Below, piece by piece: positions 26,963-35,632 of a stretch of 64,000 nucleotides of DNA (position 1 is its first letter; every line of letters begins with the position of its first letter). This DNA is from an uncultured Acidimicrobiales bacterium (GTDB lineage: Bacteria; Actinomycetota; Acidimicrobiia; Acidimicrobiales; SZUA-35). The translations under genes were made by a program, and so were the position numbers. The notes under the pieces were generated by a model that was not told the DNA's origin, did no database searches, and was given only the letters and a program-made list of their open reading frames with translations. The DNA is taken from the NCBI GenBank assembly GCA_937922045.1, contig CAKZXA010000019.1, positions 2,315-66,314 of the forward strand, written 5' to 3'.

Positions 26963-28063
26963 GTGCAGGCACTACACGTCGAAACCAGCGACACTCGCAC
27001 CCAGGAGAACCACCGATACCGGTGGATGATCGGCCTGCTGGTTCCCTTCATACCGTTGCTGGCTCTCGTGCTCTATCGGGCCACCGGTTGGACGGTGTTT
27101 GCCTATCTCACCCCCATCGTGGTGTTCGGTCTGATCCCCCTGGCCGACGTCGTGATCGGTGTGGACGACGACAATCTGAGCGACGAAGTCATGGCAACGA
27201 TTGCGTCGAGTCGCTACTACAGACGCATCGTGCAGGCATTCGTACCCTTTCAGTACGTCAGTTTTTTGGTCGGGCTTCACACCATTGCTCAGCCCGAGAC
27301 GGCGTGGCTTGTCGACCTCGGCTTCGCTATCTCGGTTGGGATTATCGCCGGAGTTGGGATCAACGCCGCCCATGAACTCGGCCACAAGTCGGAGAAATCC
27401 GAACGTTGGCTATCCCGAATCTCACTGGCTCAGAGCGCCTACGGGCACTTCTACGTGGAACATAACCGTGGTCACCACCGAAACGTGGCGACACCTGAGG
27501 ACCCGGCTACGGCTCGCTATGGCGAGTCGTTCTACCGCTTCTGGTTCCGCACGGTTGGCGGCTCGATCCGTTCAGCATGGGAGCTGGAGAGTCGCCGGTT
27601 GGAGCGAACCGGACACCGTTCCCTTCATTGGCGCAATCACAATCTTCAGTCGTGGCTGATGACGGTCCTGCTCTTCGGATCGGTCATTTCCTGGCTTGGA
27701 ACGTCGGTCTGGTGGGCGCTGGCGCTCCAAGCCGTCATCGGGTTCAGTCTGCTCGAGGTTGTCAACTATCTCGAACATTACGGCCTGGAGCGCAACAAGC
27801 TGCCAAACGGGCGCTACGAGGCGTGTCGCTCCGAGCACTCGTGGAACAGCAACTATCGGATCACCAACGTCTTCCTTTACCACCTTCAGCGTCACAGCGA
27901 CCATCACGCCAATCCCACCAGGCCATATCAGCTGTTGCGCAATGCTGATTCGGCGCCGAACCTACCGCTTGGCTATGCCTCGATGGTTCTGGCCGCGCTG
28001 GTGCCCCCAGTCTGGTTCAGGCTTATGAATCCTCGAGTAGACGAGATCCGCCGTCGCGGATAG
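26963..28063 (+). CDS. alkB: alkane 1-monooxygenase (integral-membrane di-iron hydroxylase)
   Basis: All four AlkB signature boxes are present: HELGHK, EHNRGHH, NYLEHYGL and LQRHSDHHA. Confidence 0.9.
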   Translation: MQALHVETSDTRTQENHRYRWMIGLLVPFIPLLALVLYRATGWTVFAYLTPIVVFGLIPLADVVIGVDDDNLSDEVMATIASSRYYRRIVQAFVPFQYVSFLVGLHTIAQPETAWLVDLGFAISVGIIAGVGINAAHELGHKSEKSERWLSRISLAQSAYGHFYVEHNRGHHRNVATPEDPATARYGESFYRFWFRTVGGSIRSAWELESRRLERTGHRSLHWRNHNLQSWLMTVLLFGSVISWLGTSVWWALALQAVIGFSLLEVVNYLEHYGLERNKLPNGRYEACRSEHSWNSNYRITNVFLYHLQRHSDHHANPTRPYQLLRNADSAPNLPLGYASMVLAALVPPVWFRLMNPRVDEIRRRG

Positions 28064-28115
28064 GCATCATCTCTTAGGCAATCCTGAACCGAGTCGACAT
28101 CGGTTCAGCGATAGT

Positions 28116-28676
28116 GTGTCGGTATGGGCGAACAACCAATCCAGTGAGATTGACGTGAAGCGAGACCAGCTAGGAATTAGCATCGGCTTGATGGCTATGG
28201 CTTCGGTCTTTATCGCGCCCGCAGCCTTCGTTGGACTGAACTCTTCGGCCCACACGTCGGAGATCGAACGACTTTCGAGTGGCTGGATGGAGAAGAGCGA
28301 GAAAGGCTTCCACTTCCGAGCAGATGGCCTATGCGCCGACGCTTCGGCTCAGCTGGAAGACGCAGTCTTCGAACTGGTGAAGCTCGATCGGTCGAATCCG
28401 GGCAGTGTCTCGATGAACGGCTTTGGCTTTTCCGATGCCACCGTCGACTTCACCGGACGCTTGCTCAACGAAGACGAGTCGAGTGCTGGCACCGAGGCGG
28501 CGGATGATGATGGCGTCGAGGCGAACGCGACCGAAACAGACCTCGACGCGGTGTCGACGGTTGACGACGGCGAAGAGCGAGACGGAGGTTTACCGGCGAT
28601 GAGCCTTATCGTTCGCCAAGAAGGTTCCTCTTGGTGCGCTCACGACCTCAAGGTCTACGCCAAACAGGACTCCTGA
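28116..28676 (+). CDS. hypothetical membrane-anchored protein
   Basis: ORF with one N-terminal hydrophobic helix and an acidic C-terminal half. No family was recognised. Confidence 0.45.
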   Translation: MSVWANNQSSEIDVKRDQLGISIGLMAMASVFIAPAAFVGLNSSAHTSEIERLSSGWMEKSEKGFHFRADGLCADASAQLEDAVFELVKLDRSNPGSVSMNGFGFSDATVDFTGRLLNEDESSAGTEAADDDGVEANATETDLDAVSTVDDGEERDGGLPAMSLIVRQEGSSWCAHDLKVYAKQDS

Positions 28677-28684
28677 GGAGAGAA

Positions 28685-28732
28685 CGACAAACGCCCGGGG
28701 CTCGATCATGATCGAGCCCCGGGCGTTTGTCG
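28685..28732. terminator. perfect 48-bp palindrome between convergent genes (bidirectional terminator candidate)
   Basis: CGACAAACGCCCGGGGCTCGATCA/TGATCGAGCCCCGGGCGTTTGTCG has 24-nt perfectly complementary arms. Confidence 0.7.
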
Positions 28733-28751
28733 GCCAGCTACGGCCTGCGCA

Positions 28752-30236
28752 CTACCCGCAGTATTCGTAGATCTCGACCCAGTCGACTTCCATACGGATC
28801 GTGTTGGGCGATGAGTTCTTCCAGTTGTCGAGCTGGATGTGAAGGCGATGCGGTACGTCAGGGATGACGTCATCGTCGCTCTTTTCTTTCACGATCTGTT
28901 CTGTCCACGTTTTCTGTCCTGGACCCTCACGCACGATCCGAATCTGTGATGGCGTCCATTCCATCGTCATCGTCTGCCACTGCGTGCCGTCGGCATAGTG
29001 GGGGAGCCACGCCTGCTGGGTGGGGCCGGAGTGCTGGAACGGTTCGTGAACGTAGGAGAAGAACGGGCTTCGGCTTGGGTCTCCCCAGCCGGTCTCGTAG
29101 ATGTTGGTCTCGCCGTCGCGGGGCTGATTGTTGGAGGAGGGCCAGGTCAGAATGACACCGCTGGTCGCTTCCTCGTAGTCGGCGTCGGTACGTACCCGGA
29201 ACCGATACTTGCCGTAGGTCTGAGCGTGGGTGTGGTTCATGCCACCGCTCGTCAGTACGCCGTCGCTGTTGTTGGCAGCGGTGATGATCAGCTTGCCGTC
29301 ACGGACGGTGTTGGCCGATGGGCGACGGAGGCCGTAGCCAGCATTGCCAACTGAATAGAACTGGACCCAGTGGGAGGCGAGCTCTGAACCGCTGAAGTCG
29401 TCCCGCATGATACGTCGGAAGCAGGTGCCGCCCGGTTCCTGGGTGGTCGTCGTCTGACGTTGGGTTGTTGTTGTTTGGCGCTGGGTTGTTGTCGTGGGCG
29501 CCGCTGTAGTTGTGGTGGCACGAGCCGTGGTTGTCGTCCGACGTTGTGTTGTGGTGGTCCGACGTTGTGTCGTGGTGGTTTCACGCTGGGCCGTCGTAGT
29601 GGTGGCCCCTGCGGTTGTGGTCGTTCGACGCTGCGTGGTGCTCGTGGCCTGCGACGTGGATGTCGTTTCCGATTCCGATGTCGTCGTGCCCTCGGCCGAC
29701 GAGGTCGCTGTTGCCGCCGCCGTCGTTGTCGTCCTGCCGTTGCGTCCCTTGTTCTCGTTGCGCTTTGTCTTGCCGCGAGGCGTCTTGGCGGTAGGCGTAG
29801 CGGCAGCTCGCTCAGCGCTAGCTTCGACGATTCCGTCGGCCATCGCTGGGACGTCGTCTAAAGTGGCTGCGTCATCAGCGGCCATCGCCTCTGCGTCATC
29901 GTCGTCGTTTTCACCGTTGGCGTCGGCGTCGGCCGATAGCAAGGCGAGATCCGACTCGCGCTCGGGGGCGGTGACCCGCAGGCTTGGACGCTTCTTGCCT
30001 TGACCACGCTGGAGTGGAGGTGTCGCCGTTTCGACGAGTGACAGCGCTTCGGGGGCTGCGTCCTCGGTGCGGGTTACTCCACCGCCTGGCCATAGCCAGA
30101 GGGCAGCGACCAGAACCACGGTTGCGGTTCCGAACGCTATGGCCGTTGTGGCCCAGCCTCGTCGCCCTTTGCCGTAGCTTCCGTACTCATCCGAACCTTG
30201 ACTGAATATCTGTCGCATACTCCGCCGTCTATCCAT
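28752..30236 (-). CDS. membrane-anchored/secreted GH16-like (concanavalin-like) protein with Thr-rich repeat linker
   Basis: The C-terminal domain resembles GH16 laminarinase/LamG folds (TSGGM, YGKYRFRVR, ILTWP, GETNIYE). Upstream are an N-terminal TM helix and a (TTTTQRR)n linker. Confidence 0.6.
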   Translation of the reverse strand: MDRRRSMRQIFSQGSDEYGSYGKGRRGWATTAIAFGTATVVLVAALWLWPGGGVTRTEDAAPEALSLVETATPPLQRGQGKKRPSLRVTAPERESDLALLSADADANGENDDDDAEAMAADDAATLDDVPAMADGIVEASAERAAATPTAKTPRGKTKRNENKGRNGRTTTTAAATATSSAEGTTTSESETTSTSQATSTTQRRTTTTAGATTTTAQRETTTTQRRTTTTQRRTTTTARATTTTAAPTTTTQRQTTTTQRQTTTTQEPGGTCFRRIMRDDFSGSELASHWVQFYSVGNAGYGLRRPSANTVRDGKLIITAANNSDGVLTSGGMNHTHAQTYGKYRFRVRTDADYEEATSGVILTWPSSNNQPRDGETNIYETGWGDPSRSPFFSYVHEPFQHSGPTQQAWLPHYADGTQWQTMTMEWTPSQIRIVREGPGQKTWTEQIVKEKSDDDVIPDVPHRLHIQLDNWKNSSPNTIRMEVDWVEIYEYCG

Positions 30237-30483
30237 TCCTAGCGTTTGCGATCGGCTGACGTGTTGGTAGTAGCCAACAACCGAACGCTGTTTGGTAGTT
30301 CCCCACCCGCACGAAGAAACACCCTATAGCGAATCTCCGGCTACATGACGGAATTGTTTCGAAATTCTGTGATTCGGGTCGGCAACGAGTCGTCGAGCGT
30401 GTTTCGCGCCGAGTCGCTCAACGTCACGGACTAAGATCAACAGCCACTGGCTAACGCGTGTCGTCTCGCTAGATGGGGTTGCG

Positions 30484-32703
30484 ATGAACGAGCAGGACAG
30501 CGATTTCTTGGCTAATCGCGATGGAGATTGGGGGCGTGCTGTTTCGAGCGCGCCCGCACCCAGCGCAGCCGGATCAACCCGCCAAGCGGCTACGTCTGGA
30601 GCACCTGGACCGGGCGACGAGGTGTACGCCGACTGGTCAGGCTCGAAGGCTCTGGTGCTCTCTCTGGTCGCTGTCGGCGTGTTACTTCTGGGGGGAATTG
30701 TTGTCTTCCGGTCGCAGCTGGGAGGTTCGGGGTCGGCCACCGACGACGGTGACACCGACCTTGCCGACAATGAACTCACCGCCTCAGCGGAAGCGATCTT
30801 TGACGCCGAAGCCGCAGCGCTCGACGCCGTGGCCTCGTTCAGCACCGCACTGATGCAACGACAGCTCCCGACAGTCACCTACGCCTTCGTCCAACCCGAC
30901 GAGGTACAGGCAGAGTTTGATGCGGCCACCGCCGCCCTTGAGCCCTTCGAACTTGCGGTGGTGCCCGGAGGCTTCGAGCAGGTCGATTCGGCCCGGGGGA
31001 CCGCTGCCCTCGCTCTCACCTGGGCCTTGGAAGACGGAACCGAGTTCTCAACGGCCGGAGAGTTGGACCTCGTCCTCGTCGGCTCCGAATGGCAGATCGA
31101 TTGGGATGTCGGCGCGTTGGAAAAGTCGCTCACTCCATCGGATGAGCTCGTCTACGAACGGGTGGTGGCCGAGCGGCAGGCGATTTTGGACCGCAACGGC
31201 TTTGGTCTTGTGGCTGCCCGGCCCGTCGTCGAGGTCGAGATTGTGCCCCGGCTGGCCGCCGATCCACAGCAGGTGGCCCAAGACCTAGCCAATCGATTTG
31301 GGCTCGACGCCGCCCGACTTGCTGATCAGGTTGGCCGGTCGCCGAGCGATGTTGCGTTTCCTCTAACCGTTCAGCGAGCGGAAGCGGTTGAGCCCTACCG
31401 AGCAGAGCTCGAGGCGATCCCCGGCATCGTGTTGACCGAAACGACCCGGCCGCTCGCGCCATCAGATCGATTTGCACGGGCTCTCCTCGGACGCTCGGGG
31501 GAAGCGACGGCCGAGACTCTTGAGCGGTCGCCAGACCACTTCGCGCAGGGCGATATCGTTGGCCTCTCCGGCCTTCAAGCCACCTACAACACAGAACTGG
31601 CCGGACTGCCAGGCCGCCAGGTCCGGATCGATCGTCGGTTCCCGACCGCCGTGGTAACCACCGACACCGACACCGACACCGATGGCTCGAACAGCGAGGG
31701 ACAACCAGAGGGGCAAGCCAACGCGGGAGCCCCCCGACCAGACGATCCAGACATTCTGTTCTATGAGCCGCCAGCGGAGGCGTCGCCGGTGCAGACCACG
31801 CTCGACCATCGAATCCAAACAGCGGCAGAGGATGCCTTGGCGTCAGTTCAGCCGATCTCGTCGCTCGTGGCCATCCAGGCATCAACAGGCCAGATCCTGG
31901 CCGTCGCCAACGGACCGGGCGCCGCGGTTGAGAACAGGGCGCTAAGCGGCTCCTACCCACCCGGCTCAATCTTCAAGATCGTGACCGCCTATGCCGGTCT
32001 CACCAACGGCGTTGATCCCAAACAGATACTCGAATGCCCGCAAACCATGGTTGTCGACGGCAAGGAGTTCGGGAACTACCAGGGCCAGCAACTGGGGTCG
32101 ATCGATCTTTGGTGGGCCTTCGCCCAATCGTGCAACACGTCGTTCATCAACCTTGGGCAGCTGATCGATGGGTCGGTCTTTCCCGCCGCGGCCCTGCAGT
32201 TCGGCATCGGCGACTCCTACAATCTCGGCACTCCGTCGTTTGGCGGCGCCGTGCCAAACCCATCAGGCGCCACCGATAAGGCGGCCACCTCCTTTGGGCA
32301 GGGACGAGTGCTCGTCAGTCCGGTTTCCATGGCCGTGATGGCGGCCACCGCAGCCTCGGGCACTTATCAGCCCCCGGTCTTGGTAGGAGACCCGACCGCG
32401 GTGACCGAGGGTGGGCAAGCGCTCGATCCTGGGGCCGTTCAATCCGTTCGCGACATGATGCGCTTTGTCGTTTCGAGCGGAACGGGTCAGGTGGCGAATG
32501 GTGCTCAAGGTGGTCCCGTTCACGCCAAGACGGGAACGGCTGAGTTCGGATCCGAGGTGCCACCCCGCACCCATGCGTGGTTCGTTGGCTACCAGAACGA
32601 TCTGGCGTTCGCTGTCCTCGTAGAGGATGGCGGTTCGGGTGGATCTGTGGCTGGCCCGATCGCCGTCGACTTCTTGAACCGGGTCGCAGGGCTCGGACTC
32701 TGA
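30484..32703 (+). CDS. class B penicillin-binding protein (transpeptidase)
   Basis: N-terminal TM helix with SIFK (SxxK), SCN (SxN) and KTGTAE (KTG) boxes in order. Confidence 0.9.
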   Translation: MNEQDSDFLANRDGDWGRAVSSAPAPSAAGSTRQAATSGAPGPGDEVYADWSGSKALVLSLVAVGVLLLGGIVVFRSQLGGSGSATDDGDTDLADNELTASAEAIFDAEAAALDAVASFSTALMQRQLPTVTYAFVQPDEVQAEFDAATAALEPFELAVVPGGFEQVDSARGTAALALTWALEDGTEFSTAGELDLVLVGSEWQIDWDVGALEKSLTPSDELVYERVVAERQAILDRNGFGLVAARPVVEVEIVPRLAADPQQVAQDLANRFGLDAARLADQVGRSPSDVAFPLTVQRAEAVEPYRAELEAIPGIVLTETTRPLAPSDRFARALLGRSGEATAETLERSPDHFAQGDIVGLSGLQATYNTELAGLPGRQVRIDRRFPTAVVTTDTDTDTDGSNSEGQPEGQANAGAPRPDDPDILFYEPPAEASPVQTTLDHRIQTAAEDALASVQPISSLVAIQASTGQILAVANGPGAAVENRALSGSYPPGSIFKIVTAYAGLTNGVDPKQILECPQTMVVDGKEFGNYQGQQLGSIDLWWAFAQSCNTSFINLGQLIDGSVFPAAALQFGIGDSYNLGTPSFGGAVPNPSGATDKAATSFGQGRVLVSPVSMAVMAATAASGTYQPPVLVGDPTAVTEGGQALDPGAVQSVRDMMRFVVSSGTGQVANGAQGGPVHAKTGTAEFGSEVPPRTHAWFVGYQNDLAFAVLVEDGGSGGSVAGPIAVDFLNRVAGLGL

Positions 32704-32799
32704 GCGGCCTCGCCGTTCGGGCTAGCATCAACCAGGTGCACTCCACCCCACCGCTTGCGGCGAGCGCCCGTTCTATCCTTGCGCCCGCGATGAAACGTC

Positions 32800-35568
32800 A
32801 TGATGGCTGAGTCCGCTTATCCGTCCCAATGGGAAACCCACGTTGTCCTTAGCGACGGTTCACCGGCCGAGCTACGTCCGATCAGGCCTGGCGACCGGGA
32901 GCGGCTCGTCGACTTTCATCGCCGCCAGTCGGCCGAGAGTATCTATTTTCGGTTCTTTCGCCATCGCCCTGAGCTGAGCGACAAGGAACTCGACTACTTC
33001 ACCCAGGTTGACTACGTCGGCCGGATGGCCTTTGTGGCTCTGGTCGGCGACCGGCTGGTAGGGGTTGGCCGCTATGAGCGCCTCGGTGATTCAAACGTCG
33101 CTGAGGTCGCGTTTTTCATCGACGATGATCATCATGGTCTAGGCATTGCCACGATCATGCTCGAATATCTGGCGGCGGCTGCGCGATCGGTTGGCCTCGA
33201 GGGTTTCACCGCGAGCGTTCTGCCTGAAAACTATTCGATGCTCGCTGTCTTCAGACGAGCAGGGTTTGATGTTTCGACCCGTTTCGATGAGGGCGTGATC
33301 GAGGTTGAGCTGGGGATCGAGATCACACCGGAAGCATCCTCTGCAATCGTCGAGCGTCGCCGACGGGCTAGGGTCCGCTCGGTTCATCCGGTTCTGGCCC
33401 CTCGCTCGGTGATGCTCATCGGGGCTAGTCGACACGCCGGTGAGGTCGGCTATGAGCTGGCGAGGAACCTGATCGGCGCTGAGGACGCCGGGAGAGGTTT
33501 CGCCGGATCGGTCGCCCTCGTAAACCAGGCTGCTCGAATCGAAGATGGCGCCATGATCGACGTCCTCTTCGGGCAGCCACTGATCCCGTCGATCGAGGAG
33601 GCGGCCACCGTTTTGGCTGCGGCTCAGGCTGAGCAACAAGCGGCCCATGTCGACTCTGGTGAAGAACCCGCCGATCATCGTGGGATCGACCTGGCCATCG
33701 TGGCTGTACCAGCCCGTGAGACGCCGGGTGTTATCGATCGGTGCGCTGCTGTCGGCGTCCGCTCCCTGTTCGTCGTTTCCTCTGGCTTTTCGGAGGGCGG
33801 GGCGGAAGGCCAGCTCTGGGAAGATGCGTTGACAGAAAAGGCGCTGAGCCATGGGATGCGTCTTGTTGGTCCAAATGCTTTCGGGCTCGCCAACACCGAC
33901 CCTGAAGTGCGCTTGAACGCTCTGTTCCTGCCGATTCGGCCTCGCCCAGGGCCGATCGCTGTTGCATCGGATTCGGGCCCGTTGGGTGCAGCCCTGTTGA
34001 ACCAGCTCTCCAACCAGCTTGCCGACGAGCACGTCGGTGTCTCCGATTACGTGGGTATCGGAAACCAGGCCGACATCGACGTGCCTGACCTGCTCGACTA
34101 CTGGGCGAGGGCCGACCGAACGCGGGCGGTCGTGCTCTACCTCGAAGACCTCGGTGAGCGGGCTGAACTGATCGAAGCTGTCGGTTCGATAACGCCCCAC
34201 AAGCCTGTTGTCATGATCGCCCCTGGCGACGCCATCCTGGCCCAAGCCCTCCACCAGCGAGGAGCACTACTGGTCGAGGATGTAGGCCAGCTCGCCGACC
34301 AAGCCATGCTTGCGGTCCTGCAGCCGATACCGAAGGGCCGCCGGGTCGCCATTGTTTCCAACACAGCATCGGTGGCTCGATTGACGGCCGCTGCTTGCAG
34401 CCGCAACGGCCTAGAGATTGTGAAACCGCAAAGCACCAGCGACGGGTCCGATGCCGACTCGTTCCTGGTGGGCAACCTCGACACGGTCTCGTTGGAGCCT
34501 CACTCGGAGATCGACGTGTATGAGCGCACGATCGTGGCCGCAGCCGTATCGGACGAGGTCGATTCGCTGATTCTGGCGCTAGCTCCCACCGCCCTTCTTC
34601 CGCCCGAGAAGCTACGCCGATTGCTCGACCGGATTAACCGGGCAATCGACAAGCCGATCGTCGCTGTGGCCCTTGTGGGACGTGAACTGGTCTCTAGCGA
34701 TCGCCTGCCCACCTTCACCTTTCCAGAGAAGGCGGCCCAGGCGTTGGGCCGTTGGGCCCGCCATGGAAGTTGGCAGACCGCCCACCTGGCCTCGGCTGAG
34801 GTCGAGTCGTCCGAGCCGGCTAGCTCGGGTGAGGCTTCGGCGCCGAGCGACCGGGTTGCCTTCCAGCTGGAAGCATCGCTGGGCGATGCCGACGGGGTGA
34901 CCCTAGGGCTCGCTGATCCAACCATGCCGGCCTGGCTTGATCTGCTGGCGTTGCCGGTCGCCGACTTTGAGGTAGGAACCTCGCTGGCCTCCACCGAGCG
35001 GGCGGCCACCTCGGTGGGCTATCCGGTTGTCTTGAAGGCTGGTCATCTCACGAAGCGGGCACCAGGGGAGTCGGGTGGAGCTGCACTCGATCTCTACGGC
35101 CCGGTGCCGCTACGGGGCGCCTATGAGCGGATGACCGATCTCTACGGACCAGCCATGGATCGTGCGGTCGTGCAAAAGCTGGTGGTCGCCGATCACGTCA
35201 TTCGAATCGACCTGGTTCAACAGGCCGACGTTGGCGCCTTCGTCTCGGTCGGCTTTGGAGGATGGTGGCTCCGCTCTAGTCAGGCGGTCGCACAACACCT
35301 TGTTTCGCTTCCAGGTGCCTTAGGGCAGAGTGACGCGGAAGCTATGGCGGCCGAGATCGTCGACGCAGTGGCAGGTCAGCCATCGATGATCGGTCCGATC
35401 GCAGAGCTCATTGGGCTGGTCGGAGCGGCCCCTGACGTTGCGCCAGAGGTGTCGTTTCTGTCGCTGAACCCGATCTTCGTCACGGCTGAAAAGGCCACGG
35501 TCATCGATGTCTACCTGCGATTGCGGCGACTCGAGCATCATCCTTTGTCGGAGGTTAGACACCTCTGA
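32800..35568 (+). CDS. bifunctional GNAT acetyltransferase / NDP-forming acyl-CoA synthetase-like protein (Pat-type protein lysine acetyltransferase)
   Basis: N-terminal GNAT core (VAEVAFFIDDDHHGLGIATIML) is followed by CoA-binding, succinyl-CoA-ligase-like and ATP-grasp-like regions. Length is 922 aa. Confidence 0.75.
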   Translation: MMAESAYPSQWETHVVLSDGSPAELRPIRPGDRERLVDFHRRQSAESIYFRFFRHRPELSDKELDYFTQVDYVGRMAFVALVGDRLVGVGRYERLGDSNVAEVAFFIDDDHHGLGIATIMLEYLAAAARSVGLEGFTASVLPENYSMLAVFRRAGFDVSTRFDEGVIEVELGIEITPEASSAIVERRRRARVRSVHPVLAPRSVMLIGASRHAGEVGYELARNLIGAEDAGRGFAGSVALVNQAARIEDGAMIDVLFGQPLIPSIEEAATVLAAAQAEQQAAHVDSGEEPADHRGIDLAIVAVPARETPGVIDRCAAVGVRSLFVVSSGFSEGGAEGQLWEDALTEKALSHGMRLVGPNAFGLANTDPEVRLNALFLPIRPRPGPIAVASDSGPLGAALLNQLSNQLADEHVGVSDYVGIGNQADIDVPDLLDYWARADRTRAVVLYLEDLGERAELIEAVGSITPHKPVVMIAPGDAILAQALHQRGALLVEDVGQLADQAMLAVLQPIPKGRRVAIVSNTASVARLTAAACSRNGLEIVKPQSTSDGSDADSFLVGNLDTVSLEPHSEIDVYERTIVAAAVSDEVDSLILALAPTALLPPEKLRRLLDRINRAIDKPIVAVALVGRELVSSDRLPTFTFPEKAAQALGRWARHGSWQTAHLASAEVESSEPASSGEASAPSDRVAFQLEASLGDADGVTLGLADPTMPAWLDLLALPVADFEVGTSLASTERAATSVGYPVVLKAGHLTKRAPGESGGAALDLYGPVPLRGAYERMTDLYGPAMDRAVVQKLVVADHVIRIDLVQQADVGAFVSVGFGGWWLRSSQAVAQHLVSLPGALGQSDAEAMAAEIVDAVAGQPSMIGPIAELIGLVGAAPDVAPEVSFLSLNPIFVTAEKATVIDVYLRLRRLEHHPLSEVRHL

Positions 35569-35579
35569 ACCGTGGTAGC

Positions 35580-35619
35580 CCCTCCGGTCGTCGCACGACG
35601 GCGACGACCGGGGAGGGCA
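35580..35619. terminator. GC-rich hairpin between convergent pat-like and gltA genes
   Basis: CCCCTCCGGTCGTCG ... CGACGACCGGGGAGGG, an imperfect inverted repeat. Confidence 0.55.
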
Positions 35620-35632
35620 GGAGCAGGACGGA

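Noticed and set aside
31659-31682. (CACCGA)4 hexanucleotide microsatellite inside the PBP gene
   Set aside because: It is in-frame and encodes (TD)4 in a linker. Slippage would only add or remove TD units, so there is no evidence of phase variation.
33139-34254. 371-aa minus-strand ORF inside the pat-like gene
   Set aside because: It is antisense to a 922-aa gene with coherent domain structure, and it has no motifs.
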